Positions 41,308 through 50,249 of a DNA stretch of 64,000 bases are shown here, one piece after another. The stretch comes from an uncultured Methylomirabilota bacterium (lineage in GTDB: Bacteria > Methylomirabilota > Methylomirabilia > Methylomirabilales > 2-02-FULL-66-22). Below the pieces are notes generated by a model. That model was not told the DNA's origin. It saw only the letters and a list, made by a program, of their open reading frames with translations, and did not search any database. Every line of letters starts with the position of its first letter. Position 1 is the stretch's first letter. The position numbers were made by a program, and so were the translations under genes. The stretch spans positions 640,001 through 704,000 of the forward strand of contig CAWJSJ010000005.1 in the NCBI GenBank assembly GCA_963845565.1, in the 5' to 3' direction.

Positions 41308-42090
41308 ATGAGTACGTTGAAGGTCAGAACGCTCGCAGTATTGGTCGCCTTCGGGGCGCTCGCGCTGTCGGCGATTCTCGCCGCAGAGGTCCGGGCACAG
41401 ACACCGGCGGTGGATCCGGCCGCCACGCAGATCCTGAAGCGGATGACCGACTACGTCGGCAGCCTGAAGCAGTTCAGCGTGCACACGCAGAACACGCTGG
41501 AGGATGCCCTCGACTCGGGGAACCGGATCGATCTCGACGTCTCGGCGAACGTGATCATCAGCCGGCCGAACAAGCTCCGCGCCGAGCGCAAGGGCGATCT
41601 CGTCAGCCAGATCTTCGTCTACAACGGCAAGACGCTGACGCTCTACAACCCGGCCGACAAGGTCTACGCGACGGAGCCGGCGCCGGGGACGATTGAAGGG
41701 GTGCTCGACTTCACGCGCGAGTCGCTCGGGCTACTCGTCCCGGTCGCCGATTTGGTCTACCGAAATGCGTACGAGTTGCTGATGCAGGAGGTGACCTTCG
41801 CGGCAGTGATCGGCAAGTCCGCGATCAATGGGGTCAAGTGCGATCACCTGCTCTTCAGCCGCCCCGGGGTCGACTTTCAGGTCTGGGTCACCGCGGGTGG
41901 CCGGCCGCTCCCACGCAAGTACGTGGTCACGGACACCGCCACGGCCGCGCGGCTGAGCGTCGTATCGGTCATGAGCAACTGGAACGTGGCTCCCGCCGTG
42001 GCCGATGACCGGTTCGCCTTCGTACCGCCCAAGGGGGCCAAGCCGATCACGTTCATGCGACTGGACAAGCCCAGCGGCGCGGGCCGCTGA
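41308..42090 (+). CDS. DUF2092 periplasmic protein (copy 1)
   Basis: RPNKLRA, YNGKTLTLY, CDHLLF, DFQVW, PRKYVVT. Confidence 0.85.
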   Translation: MSTLKVRTLAVLVAFGALALSAILAAEVRAQTPAVDPAATQILKRMTDYVGSLKQFSVHTQNTLEDALDSGNRIDLDVSANVIISRPNKLRAERKGDLVSQIFVYNGKTLTLYNPADKVYATEPAPGTIEGVLDFTRESLGLLVPVADLVYRNAYELLMQEVTFAAVIGKSAINGVKCDHLLFSRPGVDFQVWVTAGGRPLPRKYVVTDTATAARLSVVSVMSNWNVAPAVADDRFAFVPPKGAKPITFMRLDKPSGAGR

Positions 42091-42109
42091 CACGCACGGG
42101 AGGATTCAC

Positions 42110-42607
42110 ATGAAGACGATGCTCAAGGTCACAGCAATCGCCACTACCCTCGTCGTGTTGCTCCTCGCCGACCTCGCGCTCCTGGTGCCGGATACGCACG
42201 CGATCCTCGGCGTCTGGCGCCGGCACGCGCGCCGGTGGGCCGTCGTCGGGACCGCCGCCGTCGCGAGCACTGCGGCCGTGGCGGCGGCCGGCGCAACCGC
42301 CGCGGCCGCCAGCGAGAGCGCCGCCGCGCAACAGCAGGCCGCCGCCGCGCAACAGCAAGCAGCCGCGGCACAGCACCAGGCCGCCGCCGCGCAACAGCAG
42401 GCCGCGAGGGCCCAACAGCAAACCGCGACCGCCTCGCCGCCTGCCGCCGCCGGGAAGGAGTTGCCGCTGGGCACCGTCGTGTCCATGCTCCCCGCGGGGT
42501 GCGTCACCACCCCGGTGGGCGGCGTGGAGTACTACTACTGCGGCGGGAACTTCTATCGCGCGGTGTTCCAGGGAAACAGCCTGGTGTATGTCACCGCGCG
42601 GCCCTGA
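42110..42607 (+). CDS. Exported Ala/Gln heptad-repeat protein with small Cys-containing C-terminal domain (copy 1)
   Basis: AAAQQQA repeats; LPAGC...YYYCGGNFYR. Confidence 0.8.
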   Translation: MKTMLKVTAIATTLVVLLLADLALLVPDTHAILGVWRRHARRWAVVGTAAVASTAAVAAAGATAAAASESAAAQQQAAAAQQQAAAAQHQAAAAQQQAARAQQQTATASPPAAAGKELPLGTVVSMLPAGCVTTPVGGVEYYYCGGNFYRAVFQGNSLVYVTARP

Positions 42608-42700
42608 TGACTGCTGGCGTGCGGTTGGCGAGCGTGCCTTCGTTGGAATAGGTCGAGCGCTTCACGAGTGGGGCACCCGACCCAAAGGAGGAAACGGTAA

Positions 42701-43477
42701 ATGAACGTCTCGCACTTGCAAGCGGCCGTAAAGATGTTCCTGATCGTGGCCCTTGTGGTTGTCGCGGCCCCGACGGCCCAGGTGCAAGGGGCCGGCGTGG
42801 ACCCGGGGGCCGAACGCCTCCTGCGGCGGATGACCGATCACATGGCGGGTCTGCAGCAGTTCAGCGTCGAAACCCAGAACACGCTGGAGGCGGTACTGGC
42901 CTCCGGTCAGAAGATTCAATTCGCTGTGAACGCCTCCGTCATGCTGCGGCGGCCGAACAAGCTACGCGCCGATCGCATTGGCGACCTGGTCAGCCAAGAG
43001 TTTTACTACGACGGCAAGGCCCTGACGTTGTACAACCCCGCGGACAAGGTCTACGCCACGGTTGCAGCGCCTGACACGGTCGAGGGCATGTTGGATTTCG
43101 CGCGCGACCAGCTCGACATCATCGTGCCCGCCGGTGACTTCCTCTACCGGAACGCATTTGACCTGCTCATGCAGGTCACAACCTCGGGATTCGTGGTGGG
43201 CAAGGCGATGATCGGTGGGGTGAAGTGCGACCACCTTGCCTTCGGCGGCCCGGAGGTCGACTGGCAGGTGTGGATCTCCGAAGGCGACCAGCCACTACCA
43301 CGCAGGTATGTCGTCACGACCCGAGACCCCGCATCGCATCCCGCGTTCACGGCGGTGATGACCAACTGGAACGTTGCGCCTAACCTGACTGACGCCCAAT
43401 TCAGCCTTGCGCCGCCCGCGGGCGCGAAGCCGATCGACTTCCTCACGCGCGAGGCGGGCAGCGCGCCCACCCGCTGA
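42701..43477 (+). CDS. DUF2092 periplasmic protein (copy 2)
   Basis: RPNKLRA, YDGKALTLY, CDHLAF, DWQVW. Confidence 0.85.
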   Translation: MNVSHLQAAVKMFLIVALVVVAAPTAQVQGAGVDPGAERLLRRMTDHMAGLQQFSVETQNTLEAVLASGQKIQFAVNASVMLRRPNKLRADRIGDLVSQEFYYDGKALTLYNPADKVYATVAAPDTVEGMLDFARDQLDIIVPAGDFLYRNAFDLLMQVTTSGFVVGKAMIGGVKCDHLAFGGPEVDWQVWISEGDQPLPRRYVVTTRDPASHPAFTAVMTNWNVAPNLTDAQFSLAPPAGAKPIDFLTREAGSAPTR

Positions 43478-43495
43478 GGGAGAAAGGAGGAACAG

Positions 43496-44014
43496 GTGAA
43501 GACGATCCTCAAGAGTGTTGTCATCGGCAGTACGCTTGCGGTGATATTATTTGGCGCGATCGAGACACAGGCGCCCCTCGGCATCCGACTCGTCCCCGAC
43601 GCGCATGCCATCATCGGTTTGCCGTTCACGCCGCTGAGCTTCGCCGGCGTCGCGCGCCGCACCGCGTTCAGGACCATGATGTGGAGCGGCGCGGCGGCGA
43701 GTGCCAGTGCGGCCACTGCGGCACAGCACCAGGCGGCGGCTGCGCAACAGCAAGCAGCGGCGGCGCAACAGCAAGCGGCGGCCGCGCAACAGCAAGCCGC
43801 CGCGGCACAGCACCAGGCCGCGGCCGCCGCGGCCCCAGGCCACCCGCCGCAGCGGGACATATCTTGCCGCTCGGTACGGTGGTGCAGCAGTCTGCCAGCC
43901 GGCTGCATCTCGACACCGGTCGGCGGCCGGGACTACTTTTACTGCGGCGGCAATTTCTATCGGGCCGCCTTCCAGGGGAACAACCTGGTGTATGTGACGG
44001 CAAAGCCAGACTGA
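43496..44014 (+). CDS. Exported Ala/Gln heptad-repeat protein (copy 2)
   Basis: SFAGVARRT, five AAAQ(Q/H)QA units, LPAGC...YFYCGGNFYR. Confidence 0.8.
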   Translation: MKTILKSVVIGSTLAVILFGAIETQAPLGIRLVPDAHAIIGLPFTPLSFAGVARRTAFRTMMWSGAAASASAATAAQHQAAAAQQQAAAAQQQAAAAQQQAAAAQHQAAAAAAPGHPPQRDISCRSVRWCSSLPAGCISTPVGGRDYFYCGGNFYRAAFQGNNLVYVTAKPD

Positions 44015-44038
44015 CGCCGGATCCGAAAAGAGCCCGTC

Positions 44039-44205
44039 TCTCGCGAAGCCGCCAAGGCGCCACCGGGGGCCGCCAAAGGAAGAGTTGAGTGGGAGACGGG
44101 GTGATCGGGAAATTGGGTGATTGGGAGAGGGGAAACATTAGCAACACGGTGTCGGGTCCGTCTCTCCCTCCCCTTGTCACCCACTCCCTCGATCATCTTT
44201 CGCGT
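44039..44205. repeat. Degenerate 8-bp-array hairpin nested in TCTCGC-type inverted ends
   Basis: GGAGACGG GGTGATCG GGAAATTG GGTGATTG facing CCGTCTCT CCCTCCCC TTGTCACC. Confidence 0.6.
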
Positions 44206-44329
44206 GGCGCGCCGGGGGTTCAACGTTGACGCGTGGTGAGCGTGGCGAGAGGGCGGTCGTCGGAACATTGTAACGGATGAATGGTTCACGGATTTGGTTA
44301 TCTTGGGGGTTTCGCTGAACTTGCATTCT

Positions 44330-44364
44330 ATTGAAAACTCGGAGTGTCAATCCGAGTTTTCAAT
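44330..44364. promoter_or_regulatory. Perfect 14-bp inverted repeat (TGAAA-N21-TTTCA)
   Basis: ATTGAAAACTCGGA-GTGTCAA-TCCGAGTTTTCAAT. Confidence 0.7.
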
Positions 44365-44441
44365 GGAGACGATCGAAAGTCCCTGCGGGCCATGACCACC
44401 TCGTCGGCCCGTTAGGGAGCCAACGGGAGGAAGGTGACGGG

Positions 44442-44895
44442 ATGAGCGCTACGTGGAGAATGCTACGGTACGGGGTCTGTCGGCAGGGCATGCGCGCGCT
44501 GGGCGTGGTCGCGGTGGTGGCGGTACTCGGCATCGCCGGGCAGGTCGCCGACGCCGGGCAGCCCACCGCGCAGTCCGCTGAGCAATCCGATCCCCAGCGC
44601 CTGGTCGGGCGCTGGGTCCGGCCCGACGGGGGCTACGTCCTGGACGCTGCGGGAGGTCACGAAGGAAGGCAGCGTGAAGGCTTCCTATTTCAATCCCCGG
44701 CCGATCAACGTGGCCCGGGCGGAGGTGCGCCGCGTCGCCGGCGCGCTCACGGTGGTCGTCGAGCTGCGCGACGTCAACTATCCGGGCTCGACCTACACGC
44801 TACAGTACGACCCGGCGTCCGACCGGCTCAAAGGGGCCTACTTTCAAGCGGTAGAGAAGCAGACATTTGTCGTCGAGTTTGTACGAGCCAAGTGA
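44442..44895 (+). CDS. Exported hypothetical protein, one indel
   Basis: LVGRWVRPDGGYV, YFNPRPINV, LRDVNYPGSTY. Confidence 0.75.
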
Positions 44896-44940
44896 GGTAG
44901 GTCCCCGTGGACGCGCCGGTCAGGTATGGTCGGGGCGACA

Positions 44941-45010
44941 TCTCGCAGAGATCGCCCAATTGCCGAGTCGCGTGGTTGCCAAATTGCCGCCCCTTGGCAT
45001 TTTTGCGAGA
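44941..45010. repeat. 8-bp solo arm inside TCTCGCA...TGCGAGA inverted ends
   Basis: TCTCGCAG AGATCGCC CAATTGCC GAGTCGCG TGGTTGCC AAATTGCC ... TTTTTGCGAGA. Confidence 0.65.
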
Positions 45011-45061
45011 GACAGTTTTCGTAGGATTGGAGGTATGACGCTGTCGAGAGGAGGTAGTGCC

Positions 45062-45634
45062 ATGATTGCCCGCGTATTGTTCACACTGCTTGCCGTCGTC
45101 GCGTTGTTGTCGAGTGGTCCGGCCTTCGCCCAGGACGAATCCGCGGTGATCCAGCGTCGCAACGAGGTCCGCGAGATCGTGCATGAAAGTCTTGCGGCCC
45201 TCTACGAGACCGCCCCTGGCGCAAGGGTGACCATCGAGCGCGCCGCAGGCTACGGGGTGTTCAGCACCTTCGGACTGAAGATCTTCTACGGTGGCGGGAC
45301 GACCGGGAAGGGGGTCGTGATCAACAATGCCACCCACCGCAACACCTTCATGAAGATGGTGCAGGTGCAAGCGGGTTTCGGGTTCGGGGTCAGCAAGAAT
45401 CGGCTCATCTTTGTTTTCGAGACGCAGAAGGCGCTGCGCGATTTCATCAATCAGGGGTGGGAGTTCGGCGGGCAGATGTCGGCCGCCGCCATGGTCGCCG
45501 ACCAGGGTGGGATGTTTGCCGGCGCGGCCTCGGTCTCCCCCGGGGTCTATCTCTACCAGCTCACCGAGACGGGGCTCTCGGCCTCGATCACGGTCAGCGG
45601 GACGAAATACTTCAAGGACGACGAGCTGAACTGA
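45062..45634 (+). CDS. Ysc84/SYLF-like secreted lipid-binding protein
   Basis: AAGYGVF, GKGVV, GWEFGG, YQLTETGL, GTKYFKD. Confidence 0.85.
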   Translation: MIARVLFTLLAVVALLSSGPAFAQDESAVIQRRNEVREIVHESLAALYETAPGARVTIERAAGYGVFSTFGLKIFYGGGTTGKGVVINNATHRNTFMKMVQVQAGFGFGVSKNRLIFVFETQKALRDFINQGWEFGGQMSAAAMVADQGGMFAGAASVSPGVYLYQLTETGLSASITVSGTKYFKDDELN

Positions 45635-45657
45635 GACGTCTCGGCTGAGACGCACCC

Positions 45658-45780
45658 ATGGAAACCATCGCGTGCTCCGACTGCGATCTGTTGCAGCGCC
45701 TTCCGGCACTCCCGTCCGGCGGTAAAGCGCGCTGTCTGCGGTGCGGCAGTACGCTCGCGACCCAGCCGGGCGATCCGCCG
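45658..45780 (+). pseudogene. pqiA: N-terminal stub of paraquat-inducible protein A
   Basis: IACSDCDLLQ...ARCLRCG..L; membrane domain absent. Confidence 0.7.
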
Positions 45781-45943
45781 CGCACAGTCGCGCCATCGCG
45801 CGGCTCAGCCGGGACATTGCGGACGCGGTGCGAGCGCTCGATCGCGCCGGGCCGTAGCTGGCGCGGGGACGTTGAAGGACCGGTCATAGTTTGCAGAGAC
45901 GATGCAGGAGACCCCAATGAACCGAGACCAAAGGAGGGAGCCG

Positions 45944-48465
45944 ATGCGAACGTTCAGACACGGGCTTTTCCGCTGCGTGACAGTCACCGCCGTTGCCGTT
46001 TTCCTACTGGCGGGCTGCGCATCGCAGCCCGGGCCCACGCAGGTCACCGGGACGCTGGGCTCGCCCAGCGCCACCACCACCATTGACGGGAGGCAACTCC
46101 CGGCACCCGACCCGAGTTTCGGCGGCGTGATCAAGGACGGCGCCCTGCAATCCACACCCTGGTGGGCGCCGCGCGTCGTGCCGCCCAAGGGGGCGCCCAA
46201 CGTGCTGCTGATCATCACCGACGATGCCGGCTTCGGCGTGCCCAGCACCTTTGGCGGCGTCATTCCGACGCCGACGATGGACCGCATCGCGAAGGAGGGC
46301 CTGCGCTACAACCGCATGTTCTCCACGGCGTTGTGCTCGCCCACGCGCGCCGGGCTGATCACCGGGCGGAACCACCACTCGGCCGGCTTCGGCGTGGTGT
46401 CCGAGCAGTCCACCGGTTTCCCCGGCTACAACAGCATCATCGGCAAGGACAAGGCGACGATCGGGCGCATCCTGCTCGACAACGGCTACGCCACGTCCTG
46501 GTTCGGCAAGAACCACAACACGCCGGCCTTCGCGGCCAGCCAGGTCGGGCCGTTCGACCAGTGGCCGGTCGGCATGGGCTTCGAGTACTTCTACGGCTTC
46601 GTCGGCGGCGACGCCAACCAGTGGCAGCCGAACCTGTTCCGCAACACGACGCAGATCTATCCGTTCGAGGGCAAGCCGGGGTGGAACCTCGTCACCGGCA
46701 TGGCCGACGACGCCATCGACTACATGACGCGGATTCACCAGATCGACCCATCCAAGCCGATCTTCATCAAGTACGCGCCCGGCGCCACGCACGCGCCGCA
46801 CCACCCGACCAAGGAGTGGGTGGACAAGATCAGCAAGATGAAGCTCTTCGACGAGGGCTGGAACAAGGTGCGCGAGCGCATCTTCGAGAACCAGAAGCGG
46901 CTCGGCGTGATCCCGCAGGACGCCAAGCTGCCGCCCTGGCCGAAGGACGTGCTGAAGGAGTGGGACCAGTTGACGGCGGAGGAAAAGAAGCTGTACATCC
47001 GCCAGGTCGAGGTCTTCGCCGCCTACGCCGCCTACAACGACCACGAGATCGGGCGCGTGGTCCAGGCCTTCGAGGATCTGGGCAAGCTCGACAACACGCT
47101 GATCATCTACATCAACGGCGACAACGGCACCAGCGCCGAGGGCGGGCCGATGGGCACGCCCAACGAGGTCGCATGGTTCAACGGCCTCAATCAACTGCCC
47201 GTCGAGGTGCAGATGAAGTTCTACGACGTGTGGGGCACCGAGCAGACCTACAACCACATGTCGGCCGGCTGGTCGTGGATGTTCGACGCACCGTTCAACT
47301 GGTTCAAGCAGAACGCCTCGCAGCTCGGCGGCGTCAACCAGAACATGGTGGTGTCGTGGCCGGCGCGCATCAAGGACAAGGGCGGCCTGCGCGAGCAGTT
47401 CGTGCACGTGATCGACGTCGTGCCGACGATCCTCGAGGCCGCCGGCATCCGTGCGCCCGAGATGGTCGACGGCATCAGGCAGGCGCCGATCGAGGGGACG
47501 AGCTTCGCCTACACCTTCGACGCGGCCAACGCGAAGATGGCGTCGCGCCACAGGACCCAATACTTCGAGATGATGGGCCAGTGGGCGCTCTATCACGACG
47601 GCTGGTTCCTGAGCACGAAGGTCAATCGTGCGCCGTGGGAAGCCTTCGGCCCGGCCAACCCGGATCCGCTGAACAACCAGGTGCTCGAGCTCTTCGACCT
47701 GAACACCGACTTCAGCCAGAGCGAGAACGTCGCGGCGAAGTACCCGCAGAAGGTCAAGGATCTGAAGGAGATGTTCATCGCCGAGGCCAAGAAGTACCAG
47801 GTCTTCCCGCTGGACGCGTCGGTGGCGGCGCGCATCGTCGCGCCGCGGCCGAACATCACCGCCGGGCGCACCGAGTTCGTCTACACGCGGCCGATGGTCG
47901 GTCTGCCGCAGGGCGATTCGCCGCATGCTGCTGAACGCCTCGTACACCATCACCGCCGACATCGAGGTGCCGCAGGGCGGCGCCGAGGGCATGATCCTGA
48001 CCTCGGGCGGGCGCTTCGCGGGCTACGGCTTCTACCTGCTCAAGGGCAAGCCGGTGTTCCTGTGGAACCTGGTCGACCTCGAGCGCCTGAAGTGGGAAGG
48101 CCCCGAGGCGCTGCCGCCGGGCCGGCACACGGTCGAGTTCGACTTCAAGTACGAGGGGTCTGGGCGCGGGCACGCTTGCGTTCAACAACTTCAGCGGCCT
48201 GGGCCGACCCGGCACGGGCACGCTGAAGGTGGACGGCAAGGTGGTCGCCACGAAGCGGATGGAGAAGACGCTGCCGATGATCCTGCAATGGGACGAGAGC
48301 TTCGACATCGGCTCCGACACCCTGACGGGCGTGAACGACGCGGATTACAAGCCGCCGTTCGCCCTGACGGCCAAGCTCAACAAATTGACGATCAAGGTCG
48401 ACCGCCCGCAGTTGTCGCCGGAGGACATCAAGAAACTCGAGGCGGCGATGCAGAAGAAGGACTAG
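45944..48465 (+). CDS. Large lipoprotein arylsulfatase 5 (CSPTR), frameshifted near C-terminus
   Basis: LLAGC lipobox, NVLLIITDD, LCSPTRAGL, NGDNG. Confidence 0.94.
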
Positions 48466-48675
48466 CACAACAGCGGCAACACGTGGTTCCAGCCGTCTTG
48501 CGGCGCGAACGGCGTCTTCTGCCGGGTGGCGCCTACGCCCTGAAGCGGCTCACGCGTGCGCCGCCCGTCCACACCACGAGCGACGCGGCCAACGTTGTAC
48601 CGAGAGGATCGGCGGCGAGCAGCTTCCGCCGCCGATTGCCCGGGCCATGACAGCATTAAGGAGAAGGAGGACGAC

Positions 48676-49508
48676 ATGCGGCACCACGCAAACCAGGGTC
48701 GCATGCGAATGGCATACGCGGCCTTACCGATCCTGCTGACGCTCCTGCTCGCCGCCCCGCTGTGGGGGGCAGACGATGCCACGGAACTGGCCAAGAAGAC
48801 CCAGAACCCGGTGGCGGACCTGATCAGCATCCCGCTCCAGAACAACTTCAACTTCGGGGTGGGGCCGAACAACGTGACGCAGTATGTTGGTAATCTCCAG
48901 CCAGTGATCCCGATCAAACTGACCGAGGAGTGGAATCTGATCACGCGGACGATCCTGCCCATCATCAACCAGCCATCGCCGGCGCCGGGTGTCTCCAGCA
49001 ACTTCGGCCTGGGCGACCTCAATCCAACGCTGTTCCTCTCCCCGGCCAAACCGGGCGCGCTCATCTGGGGCGTCGGCCCGACGTTCACCTTCCCGACGGC
49101 GACCGACACCGCGCTCGGGAGCGGGAAATGGAGCATGGGGCCGGCGGCCGTCGTGCTCACCATGCACGGCCCCTGGGTGCTCGGGGCGCTGGCGAACCAG
49201 CAGTGGTCGGTCGCCGGGGATTCGGCCCGCCGCAGCGTCAGCCAGTTACTGATCCAGCCGTTCGTGAACTATAACTTGCCGGACGGCTGGTATCTCACGA
49301 GTTCGCCCATCATCACGGCCAACTGGATGGCGGACAGTGGGGATCAGTGGACGGTGCCCCTCGGGGGCGGGTTCGGCAAGCTCTGGCGGGTCGGCAAGGT
49401 CGGACTGCCGGTGAACACCAACTCGCGGCGTATTACAACCTCGAGAAACCGCAAGGGGCGGCGGATTGGCAGTTGCGTTTCCAGGTCCAGCTCCTGCTCC
49501 CGAAATGA
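48676..49508 (+). CDS. Outer-membrane beta-barrel protein (often annotated neuromedin U-like)
   Basis: LAKKTQNPVADLIS, LQPVIP, GLGD, WTVPLGGG; ends WQLRFQVQLLLPK after one indel. Confidence 0.82.
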
Positions 49509-49558
49509 GCGGGAGAGGGGAACGACGATAACGACGATATGGACAGGGAGTCAGAGAA

Positions 49559-50059
49559 ATGACAAAGATGCACATCTCGCAAAGGCATTGTCGCATGCTC
49601 ATGATCGTGTTATGCGTCGCCGCTCTTACTGCCTGCGGGTTAGCCAAACCGATGCCTCCTCTTGACAGCTTTGCGCATCGGAGCGCGGACGGGACGGTGG
49701 CCCTCTACTGGAATTGCAGCCGCCCCGGTGCGGGAGTCGTGCGCGTAGAGGGGTGGGCGAACAACCCCTACTACCCGAACGCCATCCAGGACCTGGAGGT
49801 CATCCTGTACGGGGTGAACGCCCAGGGCAGCACTGTCTCGCAGGCCAAGGGAAGCGCCCAGAACTACCAGATTCAAACCAATGAACCCTCGCCGTTTTCG
49901 GTCGATCTCAAGACCGTGGGCGGGGAGGTGCGGTATGACATGGTGTACCAGTATTGGGGCGGTGGGGATGACGGGATGGGACGGCGGGGTGGTGGTGGTT
50001 TTGGCGGTGAGCGCCAGCAGAACATGGCCCGCGACGTCTGCGTCGGCCTAGCCCCGTAA
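49559..50059 (+). CDS. Lipoprotein of unknown function
   Basis: LTAC lipobox, intact 166-aa frame. Confidence 0.7.
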   Translation: MTKMHISQRHCRMLMIVLCVAALTACGLAKPMPPLDSFAHRSADGTVALYWNCSRPGAGVVRVEGWANNPYYPNAIQDLEVILYGVNAQGSTVSQAKGSAQNYQIQTNEPSPFSVDLKTVGGEVRYDMVYQYWGGGDDGMGRRGGGGFGGERQQNMARDVCVGLAP

Positions 50060-50067
50060 CGAAAAAT

Positions 50068-50228
50068 GAAGCACGAAATCCGAAGCTCGAAACTCGAAAC
50101 AAAAGGCAATGTTCAAAAGGGCTGAAGGTTTTAAACGGAGGGCCAACGCGGAGGGGGTTTCGGTTTTCGGCTATTTCCACGGTCGGATTGAATGCGTTTC
50201 GAATTTCGACATTCGAGTTTCGAATTTT
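50068..50228. repeat. 7-bp-array inverted-repeat hairpin (empty copy 3)
   Basis: AAGCACG AAATCCG AAGCTCG AAACTCG AAACAAA..AATGTTCAAA; right GTTTCGAATTTCGACATTCGAGTTTCGAATTT. Confidence 0.88.
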
Positions 50229-50249
50229 GGGGGTGAGAGAGGACCAACC

